Both the position numbers and the translations under genes were made by a program. The notes under the pieces were generated by a model, which was not told where the DNA came from, did not search any database, and saw only the letters and a program-made list of their open reading frames with translations. A DNA stretch of 37,358 nt from Thermotogota bacterium (GTDB lineage: Bacteria > Bipolaricaulota > Bipolaricaulia > UBA7950 > UBA9294), in the NCBI GenBank assembly GCA_039679545.1, contig JBDKUT010000002.1, positions 1 through 37,358 on the forward strand. The letters are read 5' to 3'. The stretch's first letter is position 1. The number at the start of each line of letters is the position of its first letter. Positions 6,898 to 16,572 of this stretch are shown here, in pieces.

Positions 6898-9393
6898 CTA
6901 GTGGAGGACGACAATCTGACGCGAGAAGCGCCCGATCGCCCCCTCTTCATCGAGGAGGATAAGCGTAACGATATACGATCCGGGCATTGCGTAGCAATGA
7001 ACCGGGTGCAACCGATCTTCCCTGCACGCGCCCTCGGTTCCCGGACAGGTCGTTCCGTCGCCGAAGTCCCACGCGACGTGGACGATGGTGCCCGTTGGAC
7101 TCGGATCGCACGACGCGCTCGCGTCGAACGCGACACCGAGGGAGCAGCCGTAGGCCCGCGATTCGTCCCACGTTGCTTCCGGCGCTGCGTTCGCAATGTC
7201 GATCGTGAAGGAGACCGGCAGAGAGGCGGAGCCGTCGTCGTCGACGACCCTCACCGAGACCAGGAACGACCCGTCGTCGGGGAAGCGATGCCGGGGCGAG
7301 GCCTCCGACGAGGTTGTTCCGTCCCCGAATGTCCACTCCCAGTGAACGACGTCTCCGTCGGGATCGACTGCGGTGGCAGAGAGAGAGACCTCGTCCTCAT
7401 CGGTTGCCGAGTGCGGCGACCACGTCGTCGTGCCGACCGTCGGAGGCCGGTTTCGGACGGTGACGCGGATCGGATCCGAGATCGCCGCGGCGCCGTCATC
7501 GTCTGTAACCCGGACCCGGACGGCGAACACCCCGTCCTTGCCGTAGGCGTGTCGGACCGTCGGCAAGGTCGTCGATTCGTCGTACGTTCGATCGCCGTCG
7601 TAGTCCCACTCGTAGGTCACAATCCGACCCCAGGGACTCGGATCGACGGAGGCGCCAGCGTCGAACGCGAACGTCTCTCCCGTCTCGCGCTCGCCGACAT
7701 CGGCGGAGATCGAGGCACGGGGCGGCAGGTTCGAAACGGAGATCGAGGCAGCGGTCCTGCTCGAGGCGGCCGCGTCGTCGAGCACGGAGAGGAACACGGC
7801 GTACGTTCCGTCAGTGTCGTAGGTGTGGGTCGGGGAGGCTGACGAGTCCGTTGCGCCGTCCCCGAACTCCCAAAGCCACTCGCGAATCGTCCCGTCGGGG
7901 TCGTACGAGCAGTTGGAGAACTGAATGGCCTCTCCTTCGGCGACAGCCAAGAGCGACGCAGTGAACTGCGCGACAGGAGCGCAGTTCACGTATACCGAGC
8001 CCGCGGCCGCGAGCGAGCGGTCTCCTTTGTCGTCGATCACCACAAGGGAAACGGCGAGCTCTCCGCCCTCACGGCAGAGGTACTCGACTGCCGACGAGCC
8101 TACGTTCAGATCGCTCACGCCGTCCGCGTCGAAGTCCCAGGCGTACGACACAACAGCCCCATCCTCGTCGACGGACGCCGAGGCATCCAAGACGACCATC
8201 TCGCCTTGCGAAGGAGAAAGGTTGCGGAATGAGAAGACGGCGCTGGGGGGGCGATTCGCGATGACCAACGACTGCGTCTGAAGCCCCCAGTCTCCCTGAG
8301 CATCCTCTACAGCAAGGGACACCACGTAGGTTCCCGGTTGCAAGTAGACATGGTCGGGGTGCTGCTCGGCCGCCGAGGAACCGTCGCCAAACTTCCAAGA
8401 CCAGGCGACGATCTCAGATTCCTCGTCGCTCGACTCGTCCTGGAAGCGGAGTCGGTCGAGGGTCGTCGGCTCGCGGCGTTCGGAGGTCGGCACCACGCTG
8501 AAGTCAGCGATCGGCGGGTGCGAGTCCTCGACTTTGATCCAGCGCTCCACGTACGCAGCGACTCCCCGGTCGTTGTGCGTCGTGAGGGACACGGGGTAGT
8601 GTCCGGAGCGGGCGTACACGTGGGTTGTCACGGCAGGTCCCGTCTGAATCGTCCCGTCGCCGAAATCCCAGACGTACGTCTCGATCCGTCCGGCTTCATC
8701 GGCCGACGGCGTTGCGTCGAACACCGCCCCCTTTCCCGGTTGGGGAGACGGCGGGTCGACGCGGAATACGGCGCTCGGGGGGAGGACGGAGGCGCGGTTC
8801 GCGCGCCTCGGGGTCCCGGCACCGAGTTCGGGAACCCCATCGGGGAGCGTCGGGCACGTGACCCACGAACCGGGAGCGTCGTCGAGGTGCCCGTCGATCC
8901 GCTCCATGGACCGATACGGAGGAATGCCGTACGCGTTCGTCCCCGCTGCCCACGAAGAAACCTCCGAGGAGTCCGGAAGAGCGTTGGCCGTGTCGATCAG
9001 GCAATCCAGAGGGTCGTAGAGGAAGAGGATCTCGCCGCGGTCGTTGAGCGCGCCGCGGTAGACCCAATCGGCTGCGACGTCGGGAACAGCGTCATCGGAG
9101 TCGCGCTCGAGAAGGAGGTAGCCCTCGTCGGGGGTCGCGGGGTCGGTGGGAAGAAGGGTACCGGAGAGAAGGACGTCGGGCGATCCGTCCGAGGAGACGA
9201 GTCGCCAGCCGTCAAGATTGACGACCTCCGTGGTCGCGTTGACAAGCTCGATCCACTCTGCCGTCGGGTCGAGAGCGCTGCCGCCCCAACAGATTTCGTT
9301 GATGCGGACAGATCCCCACGGCGCACCGGGAGCGATCGCGACGACCGAAGCCGCAATCAGGAACGCCACGACACCCGCCATCCGTCGCACCAT
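6898..9393 (-). CDS. Secreted lamin-tail-domain (LTD) + 7x PKD domain protein
   Basis: Signal-like N-terminus after a GGAGG SD; VRINEI...EWIELVN...LDGW LTD motif; seven W-x-F/Y-G/D-D-G-like PKD signatures. Confidence 0.85.
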   Translation of the reverse strand: MVRRMAGVVAFLIAASVVAIAPGAPWGSVRINEICWGGSALDPTAEWIELVNATTEVVNLDGWRLVSSDGSPDVLLSGTLLPTDPATPDEGYLLLERDSDDAVPDVAADWVYRGALNDRGEILFLYDPLDCLIDTANALPDSSEVSSWAAGTNAYGIPPYRSMERIDGHLDDAPGSWVTCPTLPDGVPELGAGTPRRANRASVLPPSAVFRVDPPSPQPGKGAVFDATPSADEAGRIETYVWDFGDGTIQTGPAVTTHVYARSGHYPVSLTTHNDRGVAAYVERWIKVEDSHPPIADFSVVPTSERREPTTLDRLRFQDESSDEESEIVAWSWKFGDGSSAAEQHPDHVYLQPGTYVVSLAVEDAQGDWGLQTQSLVIANRPPSAVFSFRNLSPSQGEMVVLDASASVDEDGAVVSYAWDFDADGVSDLNVGSSAVEYLCREGGELAVSLVVIDDKGDRSLAAAGSVYVNCAPVAQFTASLLAVAEGEAIQFSNCSYDPDGTIREWLWEFGDGATDSSASPTHTYDTDGTYAVFLSVLDDAAASSRTAASISVSNLPPRASISADVGERETGETFAFDAGASVDPSPWGRIVTYEWDYDGDRTYDESTTLPTVRHAYGKDGVFAVRVRVTDDDGAAAISDPIRVTVRNRPPTVGTTTWSPHSATDEDEVSLSATAVDPDGDVVHWEWTFGDGTTSSEASPRHRFPDDGSFLVSVRVVDDDGSASLPVSFTIDIANAAPEATWDESRAYGCSLGVAFDASASCDPSPTGTIVHVAWDFGDGTTCPGTEGACREDRLHPVHCYAMPGSYIVTLILLDEEGAIGRFSRQIVVLH

Positions 9394-9497
9394 GGACCCT
9401 CCTGCCCCCGCGCTTTGGATCCCGTTCAGAACGGAGGATCTGCACACTTTGGATCAGCATAGCACGATGGCTGCGGGGAACCAATGGGTTGGCTTGG

Positions 9498-10466
9498 CTA
9501 GCGCCCGTCGACCGAGGACGGCCTCTCATGGCGCTCGTAGGCTTCAATGATCCGCGCGACCAAGGGATGGCGAACGACGTCGGAGCGGTCGAGGTAGATG
9601 AACGAGATCCCGTCGATCCCTTGGAGCACGTCCTGCACGGCAATCAGCCCGGACGCGCGCTCTTCGAGGTCGACCTGGGTGATGTCGCCCGTGATGATCG
9701 CCTTGGAGTGGAAGCCGAGGCGCGTCAGGAACATCTTCATCTGCGTCGGCGTCGTGTTCTGGGCCTCGTCGAGGATGACGAAGCTGTTGTTGAGGGTCCG
9801 CCCGCGCATGAAGGCGAGCGGGGCCATTTCGATGCGCCCGAACTCCGTGAGCTTCTCGAACTCGCTCACGGGAATCATGTCGAACATGGCGTCGTACAGA
9901 GGACGGAGGTATGGGCTGACCTTGGCCTGGATGTCGCCGGGCAGGAACCCCAGTTCCTCGCCCGCCTCGACGGCCGGACGCGTCAGAAGGATGCGCTTCA
10001 CCTTCTCGCGCTTCAGGAAGTCGATCGCCAAGGCCACGGCGAGGTACGTCTTGCCCGTTCCTGCAGGGCCGATCGCGAAGACGACGTCGCTCTCACGGAC
10101 GGCCTGGACATAGCGGTGCTGGCCGACCGTTTTCGCCCGGATCTCCTCTCCCCAGTGAGTCACCCGAACGACGTCGGACAGGACCCCTTCCACATGGGCG
10201 CCGGCCTTGATCTGCTCGACCAGGTATCGGACGTCGGCGGTCGAGGGACAATGGTTCTTCTCGACCAGGCCAAGGAGTTTCTCGAACAAAGCGCGAGCCC
10301 GCTCCACTTCTTCCGCCGGTCCCTCGATGCGGATCGTCTCGCCTCGGGCGAGGATCTTCGCCGAGAAGGCTTGCTCGATTTCCTTGAGGTTGCGGTTGTA
10401 TTGTCCGAGAACGGCCGTCGCTTCCGCGTTGTCGCGTAGGGTGATCTCAGTCTGAATCGTCTCGAT
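9498..10466 (-). CDS. phoH: PhoH family ATPase with N-terminal KH domain (probable non-canonical ATC start)
   Basis: GPAGTGKT, RPAVEAGE, RGRTLN, DEAQN, GDITQ and VVRHPLV motifs. The frame stays open 53 codons upstream of the track's GTG with PhoH-like sequence. Confidence 0.9.
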   Translation of the reverse strand: METIQTEITLRDNAEATAVLGQYNRNLKEIEQAFSAKILARGETIRIEGPAEEVERARALFEKLLGLVEKNHCPSTADVRYLVEQIKAGAHVEGVLSDVVRVTHWGEEIRAKTVGQHRYVQAVRESDVVFAIGPAGTGKTYLAVALAIDFLKREKVKRILLTRPAVEAGEELGFLPGDIQAKVSPYLRPLYDAMFDMIPVSEFEKLTEFGRIEMAPLAFMRGRTLNNSFVILDEAQNTTPTQMKMFLTRLGFHSKAIITGDITQVDLEERASGLIAVQDVLQGIDGISFIYLDRSDVVRHPLVARIIEAYERHERPSSVDGR

Positions 10467-11814
10467 CTTCGCTCACTCCTTCCAATCCCTCAGCCGACGT
10501 CCCTGTGATCCTCACCGGAGACTCCTTGCCGATGGGGCAGAGCGCCGCCGAGTCGAACGCGACGCGGATGTAGTCGGACGTGTAGCCATGATACCGGCCT
10601 CCGTCCCGGTCCTCGACGAGCACATCTTCGACCGTTCCGATGCGCTCGTCAAGCATGCGGCCGAGCACCGGGTGCCACACGTCAAGGATGCTCTCCGCTC
10701 GGGCTCGCTGGACGGAGCTGGGAACCGTGTCCGTGAGTGAAGCCGCCGGCGTTCCAGGTCGAGGAGAGAAGCGGAAGACGTGGAGGTTCGAGAACCGGAT
10801 GTCCTCGACCAGCCGACAGGTCCGCTCGAACGCCTCTTCGGTTTCGCCGGGAAACCCGACGATGAGGTCGGTGCCGAATGTTGCTTGCGGAAGGGCCTCG
10901 CGAACCCGGGCGATCGCTGCGCGATAGGCGGCGGCTGTGTAACGGCGTCCCATGGCGGCGAGAACGGCGTCATCGCCGCTTTGTACGGGGATGTGGAAGT
11001 GCCGGCACAGGCGCGGGTCGCAGCGGAACGCGTCGAGAAGCCGAGCCGTTACGCCGTTGACGTTGAGCGAAGCGATGCGGAGGCGGCGGAGGTCCGGGAG
11101 TTCAAGTAGGCGCACGAGGAGAGCCGGGAGGGAAACGCCTAGCTCTCCGTATTCGGCGAGGTTGACGCCGGTTACGACGATCTCCGGGACTCCGTCCCGC
11201 ACGAGATGTGCGGCCTCCTCGAACGCGACGTCGAGGCTCTTGTTGCGGCTCGGCCCGCGGACCAGGGTCGCCTGGCAGTAGGTGCACGCGTGGGCGCAAC
11301 CGTCTTGAATCTTGAGGTAGGCACGTACGCGAACCGCCGAGGCAGCGCCGCGCTCGACGTCGAGGGGAAGCGGCGGCGTGCGCGGAAGGAGACCGCGGCG
11401 GCCCCCTACGGCGGCGGCGACCACCTCACCGATGCGCGCCTTCCAGCAGTTCCCTGCGAGGAGATCGGCCTCGGCAAAGTGGGTGACGCCGCGCTCAACG
11501 GCGTCGGCGAGGCATCCGAGGAGGATGATCGCCGCCGCAGGATGAGCGGTGCGGACTCGTCGCGCGGCCTGGCGGGCCTTCTTTTCCGCGAGGGCCGTCA
11601 CCGTGCATGCGTTCAGGACGATCACGTCGAGCTCTCCGTCGACAACCTCGGCTCCGAGGTTGGAGAGTGTGCGGGCCATCATCTCCGACTCGTACTGGTT
11701 CACGCGGCAGCCGAACGTCACGATCGCCACTCGGCGACCGGCGATGACGCTCCCGGGCGACGCCGCGGTAGGTTCTCTCTCCGACGGCATGGAAGCTGAA
11801 GACTCTTGCATCAT
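10447..11814 (-). CDS. mtaB: tRNA t6A37 methylthiotransferase MtaB (radical SAM)
   Basis: TFGCRVNQYESE, NACTVT..AEKK, KIQDGCAHACTYC and DLIVGFPGETEE motifs plus a TRAM-like C-terminus. Start is 11814 or 11790. Confidence 0.88.
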   Translation of the reverse strand: MMQESSASMPSEREPTAASPGSVIAGRRVAIVTFGCRVNQYESEMMARTLSNLGAEVVDGELDVIVLNACTVTALAEKKARQAARRVRTAHPAAAIILLGCLADAVERGVTHFAEADLLAGNCWKARIGEVVAAAVGGRRGLLPRTPPLPLDVERGAASAVRVRAYLKIQDGCAHACTYCQATLVRGPSRNKSLDVAFEEAAHLVRDGVPEIVVTGVNLAEYGELGVSLPALLVRLLELPDLRRLRIASLNVNGVTARLLDAFRCDPRLCRHFHIPVQSGDDAVLAAMGRRYTAAAYRAAIARVREALPQATFGTDLIVGFPGETEEAFERTCRLVEDIRFSNLHVFRFSPRPGTPAASLTDTVPSSVQRARAESILDVWHPVLGRMLDERIGTVEDVLVEDRDGGRYHGYTSDYIRVAFDSAALCPIGKESPVRITGTSAEGLEGVSEDRDDSD

Positions 11815-11952
11815 CGAGGCAAGCGTAGCGGGCCCCGCGCAGATTGCAACGTGGGTGGGCGCAGGACGCACGGTGGCTGCAGCGCAGGATGAACGCCAAG
11901 TGCGCGCCCGGCTCTGTGCTCGTTGCGGCCGAGGCCGGGACGCCCGCTCCAG

Positions 11953-11981
11953 TTGACATTCCTGCAGCGCTGTAGTAGGTT
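11953..11981 (+). promoter_or_regulatory. sigma70-type promoter for LCP-rsfS
   Basis: TTGACA-N17-TAGGTT. Confidence 0.65.
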
Positions 11982-11999
11982 CGGCCTTGGGGTGGAAGC

Positions 12000-13169
12000 A
12001 TGCGGGGAAACCCAGTACGGAAACCGATTCTCTACGCCGCGACGACTATCGCCATCCTAGGGATCGCGGTTCTCGTCTGGTACTTCGTGCTGGGGTGGAA
12101 CCCGTTCGGGACCCTAGGGCCTCGCGCGAGGGTTTGCGTCCTGTGTGCGGCGACCTCCGCAACGCTCCAGAGCGAGGTCGTCGAGAGCGTCGCGATCGTC
12201 ACGGCCGACCGCGGACGGGTGGGAGTCCTCTTTGTGCCCGCCGACCTCTGGGTGAAATCCGCCGACAGCACGCCCGGGAAGCTGGGGGACATCGCGGTCA
12301 GCGAGGGGTGGGCGGACGCGTGCCGCGCCCTTACGCCGCTTCTCGGCGTCTCCGTGAATCGCTACCTGGTGCTCGATGTTGAGCATCTCGCAGCGTTCCT
12401 CGCGCTCTTCCCGCGCGTCGCGGTGTCCGTGGACGATCCCGTCACCGACCCCGATTCCAGAGCCCCGGGCGGCTCGGCTATTCGCATTGATGCAGGGAAC
12501 CGAACACTCACTCCGCGGGAGATGATGGTGTTTCTCCGCGGGCCGTCCCGAGCAAGCCGTGCCGAGCGGGACCGACGGGCGTTCGAGGGAATCCTCGCCT
12601 CCGTGCGGTTGGCTCAGACGGACTACGCCTTCGATCAAGGACGGCAGGCCGTGACAGCTGACGCGACCACGAACCTGAGCGCCAAGGCCTGTGCGGCGCT
12701 TTGGACGAGGATCGTGCAATCAAACGACACGGCGTCGGCCGTGCTTCCGACCCGTGAGGTGGCTCGAGGGGGAGTGCTGGAGCGGCTGCCGATCGTGACG
12801 GAGGCCGAGCGCGTCGTCGCGACGCTCGTCCGTGGGGCCAATCTTCTTACGTCCGCCAAGGTTATGGTGGCCGTGTTCAACGGAAATGGGGTCCGCCTGT
12901 CGGCCAGCCGTGCGGCGGGTTATCTGCGGGCGCGCGGGTTCCAGGTGTCAGCAACGGCCAACGCCGAGACCTTCTCCTACGCGACGAGCACGATTGTCGT
13001 CTTGACAGACGAAGCCAAGGCGTGGATGCTTCGCGAGGCGCTCCCCGGCGAGGCGACCCTTGTGTCTCCCGAGGAGTTCGCCGATCACTACGAGGCGCTG
13101 CGAAGTCAGGTTCCGGCAGGCACGGACCTGGTCTTCGTCGTTGGGGCGGGAATGGAGTTCACAGGATGA
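12000..13169 (+). CDS. LCP (LytR-CpsA-Psr) family protein with LytR_C domain
   Basis: N-terminal TM helix, LLGVSVNRYLVLD, and C-terminal VAVFNGNG...LRARGF..NA (LytR_C). The LCP-rsfS synteny is common. Confidence 0.8.
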   Translation: MRGNPVRKPILYAATTIAILGIAVLVWYFVLGWNPFGTLGPRARVCVLCAATSATLQSEVVESVAIVTADRGRVGVLFVPADLWVKSADSTPGKLGDIAVSEGWADACRALTPLLGVSVNRYLVLDVEHLAAFLALFPRVAVSVDDPVTDPDSRAPGGSAIRIDAGNRTLTPREMMVFLRGPSRASRAERDRRAFEGILASVRLAQTDYAFDQGRQAVTADATTNLSAKACAALWTRIVQSNDTASAVLPTREVARGGVLERLPIVTEAERVVATLVRGANLLTSAKVMVAVFNGNGVRLSASRAAGYLRARGFQVSATANAETFSYATSTIVVLTDEAKAWMLREALPGEATLVSPEEFADHYEALRSQVPAGTDLVFVVGAGMEFTG

Positions 13170-13507
13170 CGGATCGAGAACTCGTTCGGCAGGCGGCTGA
13201 GATCATCTCCGAGAAGAAGGGAGAGGATCTCGTGATCGTTGACCTCGGCGACGTCTCGATGCCCGCTTCGTACTTTGTCATCGCGGAAGCGGACAACCCC
13301 GTCCACGCGAAAGCGCTGGTGACAGCGCTTCGAGAGCAGCTTCCGGAGAATCCCCTCCACAGCGAAGGGCTGACGGAGCGGAAGTGGATCGTGCTCGACT
13401 ACGGCGACGTCGTTGTCCACATCTTCGACCGCGAGGCACGGGCCTTCTACGACCTGGATTCCCTCTGGGCGGACCACATCGTCGCACTCCACGCACTCGC
13501 CGAGTAG
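13166..13507 (+). CDS. rsfS: Ribosomal silencing factor RsfS (Iojap)
   Basis: EKKGEDLVIVDL and WIVLDYGDVVVHIF..EARAFYDLDSLW motifs; ATGA overlap with the LCP gene. Confidence 0.95.
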   Translation: MTDRELVRQAAEIISEKKGEDLVIVDLGDVSMPASYFVIAEADNPVHAKALVTALREQLPENPLHSEGLTERKWIVLDYGDVVVHIFDREARAFYDLDSLWADHIVALHALAE

Positions 13508-13514
13508 CCGGCGG

Positions 13515-16445
13515 TTAGTCCAGTCTCCGAGAAGGGCAGATTCCCGCGTACGAGCAGTAGTTGCAGGCGCGGTACTCGGGGTCGCCGGGGAACTGGGCCG
13601 CGCGGATTCCGGCCGCCGTTCTCTCGACCTCCGATTGCGCGTGGGCGGTGCGCTTTGCGGAGGGAGCGGCGCGTCCTACGAGAACGTCGGGCGTGAGGAA
13701 CCGCAGCTCCACGGCCTGCGGGGGGCGGCCGAAGAGCTTCTCGTACGCGAGGGCATAGATCGCGAGCTGCAGGCTGTCGGCGGCGCGTCCGTCTGCCTCG
13801 TTCTGCGTGAGAACGGCCGATGTCTTGTAGTCGATGATCCGGCCCTCGTCACCGGCGATGTCGATCCGGTCGAAGATCCCGACAAGGCGCACGGTGCCGA
13901 CCGGCACGGAGAACCGCCGCTCGACGTACGTCGGTGTGGATCGTTCGGCGCTCTCGAACGCAAGGAAGTGTCGCAGCGCCTCGAGCCCCTCCTGGAGCCG
14001 AAGCTCCTCGTGCTGCCGCGTGAGGAATCCTTCGGCGAGCCAGTGGCTGCGGAAGATCGCGTGCAGCTCGTCGATCGTCGCGTCGCGTCCGGCGTGTCGC
14101 TGCAGGTTGTAGAAGCGCACGGCCTGATGGATCGCGCTCCCGTAGACGAGCGAGTGGTGTTGGCGGACCGGCACGTGGAGCACGTGGATGTAGCGGTACT
14201 TGAGGGGGCAGGAGAGGTAGTCGTCGACTTGACGGTAGCTGAGGGCCAGGGCCTCTTCGCCGCGGTCGAGGAGGGTCGGTTCCGCGACCGGCTCCTCGGG
14301 CGCCTGCGCGCGTCGAGCGCGCTCGTGCCGAAGGATGGGCGTGAGCGGCTGGCGCTCTTGCGGCACGAGCTGAGAGGCGTCGAGGTCGAGGGCCTCGGAG
14401 ACGAACAAGCTCGGCTTCCGTGGTCGCTTGCCGCCGACCTCCTGGGCGCTCGTAAGGTAGAGGTCCTCTTTGGCGCGGGTCATCCCGACGTAGAAGAGCC
14501 TGCGCTCCTCCTGCTTGTGGAAGTCGGCGCTCGAGGCGAGGTCCTTGACGAGCGCGTCCGGGAGCGGTATCGGGTCGGCGCGGTGGGTCGACGGGAACCG
14601 ACCGGCGACGAGGCCGACGAGGAAGACGATCGGGAACTCCAACCCCTTGGCCTGGTGAATCGTGAGGACGGAGACGGCGTCGGTGTCCCACGCCGCGTCG
14701 CCCACAGGTGGGTTGTCTCCGGCCTCGATCAATGCGTCGAGGTAGTCGATGAACCACGGAACCCGGTCGTAGCGCGCGACGTGACTGAACCGTTCGATGA
14801 GGGAGAAGAGGCGCGCCAGGTTCTGAATGCGGAGCGCGTCCTGAGCCTCGCCGGAGTTCGAGAAGCGTTCGATGGTTCCGGTCTGCGTTGTGAGGAACTG
14901 GAACAACACTTCGCCGGTTCGCTCCTTCGTCGAGAGGGTGATCATCGCCGTGACGTCGTCGACGAGGCGGGCGAAGCGGCGCGAGTTCTCTTCGTCGGCC
15001 TCCGAAGGCTCGAGCCCCGCCCGCATCGAGCGCAGGACTTCGAGGAGGCTCTTGTTCCGTCGGCCGGCGAGCGACGTGGCTTGAGCGAGGGGTTCCGGAT
15101 CGACGCCGTAGAAGAGCGACGACGCGAGGTAGTGAAGCGACATGTTGTCGTACGGGTCGGCCAGCACGCGGAGGAACGCCAGGGCGGCGCGGATCTCCTC
15201 CTGGTCGTAGAGGCCGCGGCTTCCGGAGAATCGCCACGGGATCTTGAGCAAGTTCAATGCGGCAAGGAACGGCGTCGCCTGGGCGTTCGAGCGGACAAGG
15301 ATGGCGAAGTCGACGTACGCGCGCCCTCCCTCGCGGTGGCGCCCGGCAATCGTCTCGGCGACGAAATCGGTCTCCTCGTCGATCGTCTCGAAGTGGAGTT
15401 GGTGCGGCGCGTGTCCGACACCCGACGCCGCGTGCAGCCGCTTCGAGATCCCGGCGCGAACCTCGAGGCGGTCCGGGTTGTTGTTCTGGATCAGCCGATA
15501 CGCGGAGTCGAGGATGGCCTGGGTGGAGCGGTAGTTCTCGTGAAGTACGATCATCCGTCCGTCCGGATAGGCGGACTGGAACCCGAGGATGTTCGAGATC
15601 GCCGCGCCGCGGAATTTGTAGATCGACTGGTCGTCGTCGCCGCACGCGGTGACGTTGCGGCGCGAGGCGAGGAGCTTCACCAACTCGAACTGGGCATAGT
15701 TCGTGTCCTGGAACTCGTCGACGAGGATGTAGCGGAATCGCGCTTGGGATCGCTCGAGAACCGCGGGGTGCTCGCGGAGAAGGCGCAACGCGAGCGCGAT
15801 CAGGTCGCCGAAGTCGACGAAGCCGTGCTCGTGGAGGAGTCGATCGTAGGCGGCGTACGTCTCGGCCAACTCCGTCTGATCGGCAAGGGAGTCGGCGGCA
15901 AGCCGAGCGGCATCGTCGTCGACCGGCCGCGGACTCCCTGCCAGTCGTCCGACGTAGGCCTTGTAGTCCTGGGGCGAAGCGTCCTCGTCTTTGGCGCGCG
16001 AGAAGAGCGAGAGAAGCGAGCGCAGGTTCTGGAGCGGGTTCCCGAGAGGACGGAACCGCTTCAGAGGGAGCTCGAACAGGTGTTCCTTGAGGAAGAGCGC
16101 CTGCTCCGGCTCCGTCAGGATTCGGTAGTCGGGTGGTAGTCCTAGAAGAACAGCGTTCTCTCGCAGGAGCCGATCGCAGAACGCGTGGAACGTCCCGATT
16201 TGTGCTTCGACGTAGCCGTAGGGGACGAGCCGATCAACGCGCTCCTCCATCTCGGCCGCCGCCTTCTCGGTGAACGTGAGGGCGAGGATCTCTTCCGGCT
16301 CCGCGCGCTTCTCCGAGATGAGCCATGCGATGCGACGGGTGATCACCGTGGTCTTTCCGGTTCCGACCCCGGCGACAACCAAGAGAGGGCCCTCGGCGTG
16401 CGTGACCGCCGAACGCTGCAGCTCGTTCAGATCCGAGAGGTCCAT
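13515..16445 (-). CDS. UvrD/PcrA-type SF1 helicase fused to a RecB-like PD-(D/E)XK nuclease (AdnB/AddA-like)
   Basis: AGVGTGKT, VDEFQDTN, GDDDQSIYKFRGA, NYRS, TIHQAKGLEF and EERRLFYVGMTRA helicase motifs. Nuclease motifs GIFDRID, IIDYKT and QLAIY; Cys set CPLKY...CNYCSYAGIC. Confidence 0.92.
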   Translation of the reverse strand: MDLSDLNELQRSAVTHAEGPLLVVAGVGTGKTTVITRRIAWLISEKRAEPEEILALTFTEKAAAEMEERVDRLVPYGYVEAQIGTFHAFCDRLLRENAVLLGLPPDYRILTEPEQALFLKEHLFELPLKRFRPLGNPLQNLRSLLSLFSRAKDEDASPQDYKAYVGRLAGSPRPVDDDAARLAADSLADQTELAETYAAYDRLLHEHGFVDFGDLIALALRLLREHPAVLERSQARFRYILVDEFQDTNYAQFELVKLLASRRNVTACGDDDQSIYKFRGAAISNILGFQSAYPDGRMIVLHENYRSTQAILDSAYRLIQNNNPDRLEVRAGISKRLHAASGVGHAPHQLHFETIDEETDFVAETIAGRHREGGRAYVDFAILVRSNAQATPFLAALNLLKIPWRFSGSRGLYDQEEIRAALAFLRVLADPYDNMSLHYLASSLFYGVDPEPLAQATSLAGRRNKSLLEVLRSMRAGLEPSEADEENSRRFARLVDDVTAMITLSTKERTGEVLFQFLTTQTGTIERFSNSGEAQDALRIQNLARLFSLIERFSHVARYDRVPWFIDYLDALIEAGDNPPVGDAAWDTDAVSVLTIHQAKGLEFPIVFLVGLVAGRFPSTHRADPIPLPDALVKDLASSADFHKQEERRLFYVGMTRAKEDLYLTSAQEVGGKRPRKPSLFVSEALDLDASQLVPQERQPLTPILRHERARRAQAPEEPVAEPTLLDRGEEALALSYRQVDDYLSCPLKYRYIHVLHVPVRQHHSLVYGSAIHQAVRFYNLQRHAGRDATIDELHAIFRSHWLAEGFLTRQHEELRLQEGLEALRHFLAFESAERSTPTYVERRFSVPVGTVRLVGIFDRIDIAGDEGRIIDYKTSAVLTQNEADGRAADSLQLAIYALAYEKLFGRPPQAVELRFLTPDVLVGRAAPSAKRTAHAQSEVERTAAGIRAAQFPGDPEYRACNYCSYAGICPSRRLD

Positions 16446-16490
16446 GGTTACGTCAGTATACGTCCGGTTCGAGACCCCGGGGTCTACGGC

Positions 16491-16524
16491 AAAAGAGAAG
16501 AGGAAGCTCTCGCTTCCCCTTCTC
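16491..16524 (-). terminator. Intrinsic terminator after hup
   Basis: Minus strand GAGAAGGGGAAGC-GAGA-GCTTCCTCTTCTC-TTTT. Confidence 0.85.
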
Positions 16525-16572
16525 GCATCTTGTAAGGCCGTCGCGCGACGGCCGATCGTCAGGAGCCCGGGA

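Noticed and set aside
6898..8800. Repetitive DNA resembling a repeat array or CRISPR
   Set aside because: Explained by coding PKD repeats; there are no identical repeats with unique spacers and no cas genes.
13413..16139. 908-aa plus-strand ORF and other long ORFs (2268-3884, 20904-23144, 26250-28328, 32302-33780)
   Set aside because: They are antisense shadows of well-supported genes in high-GC DNA and have no recognisable motifs.
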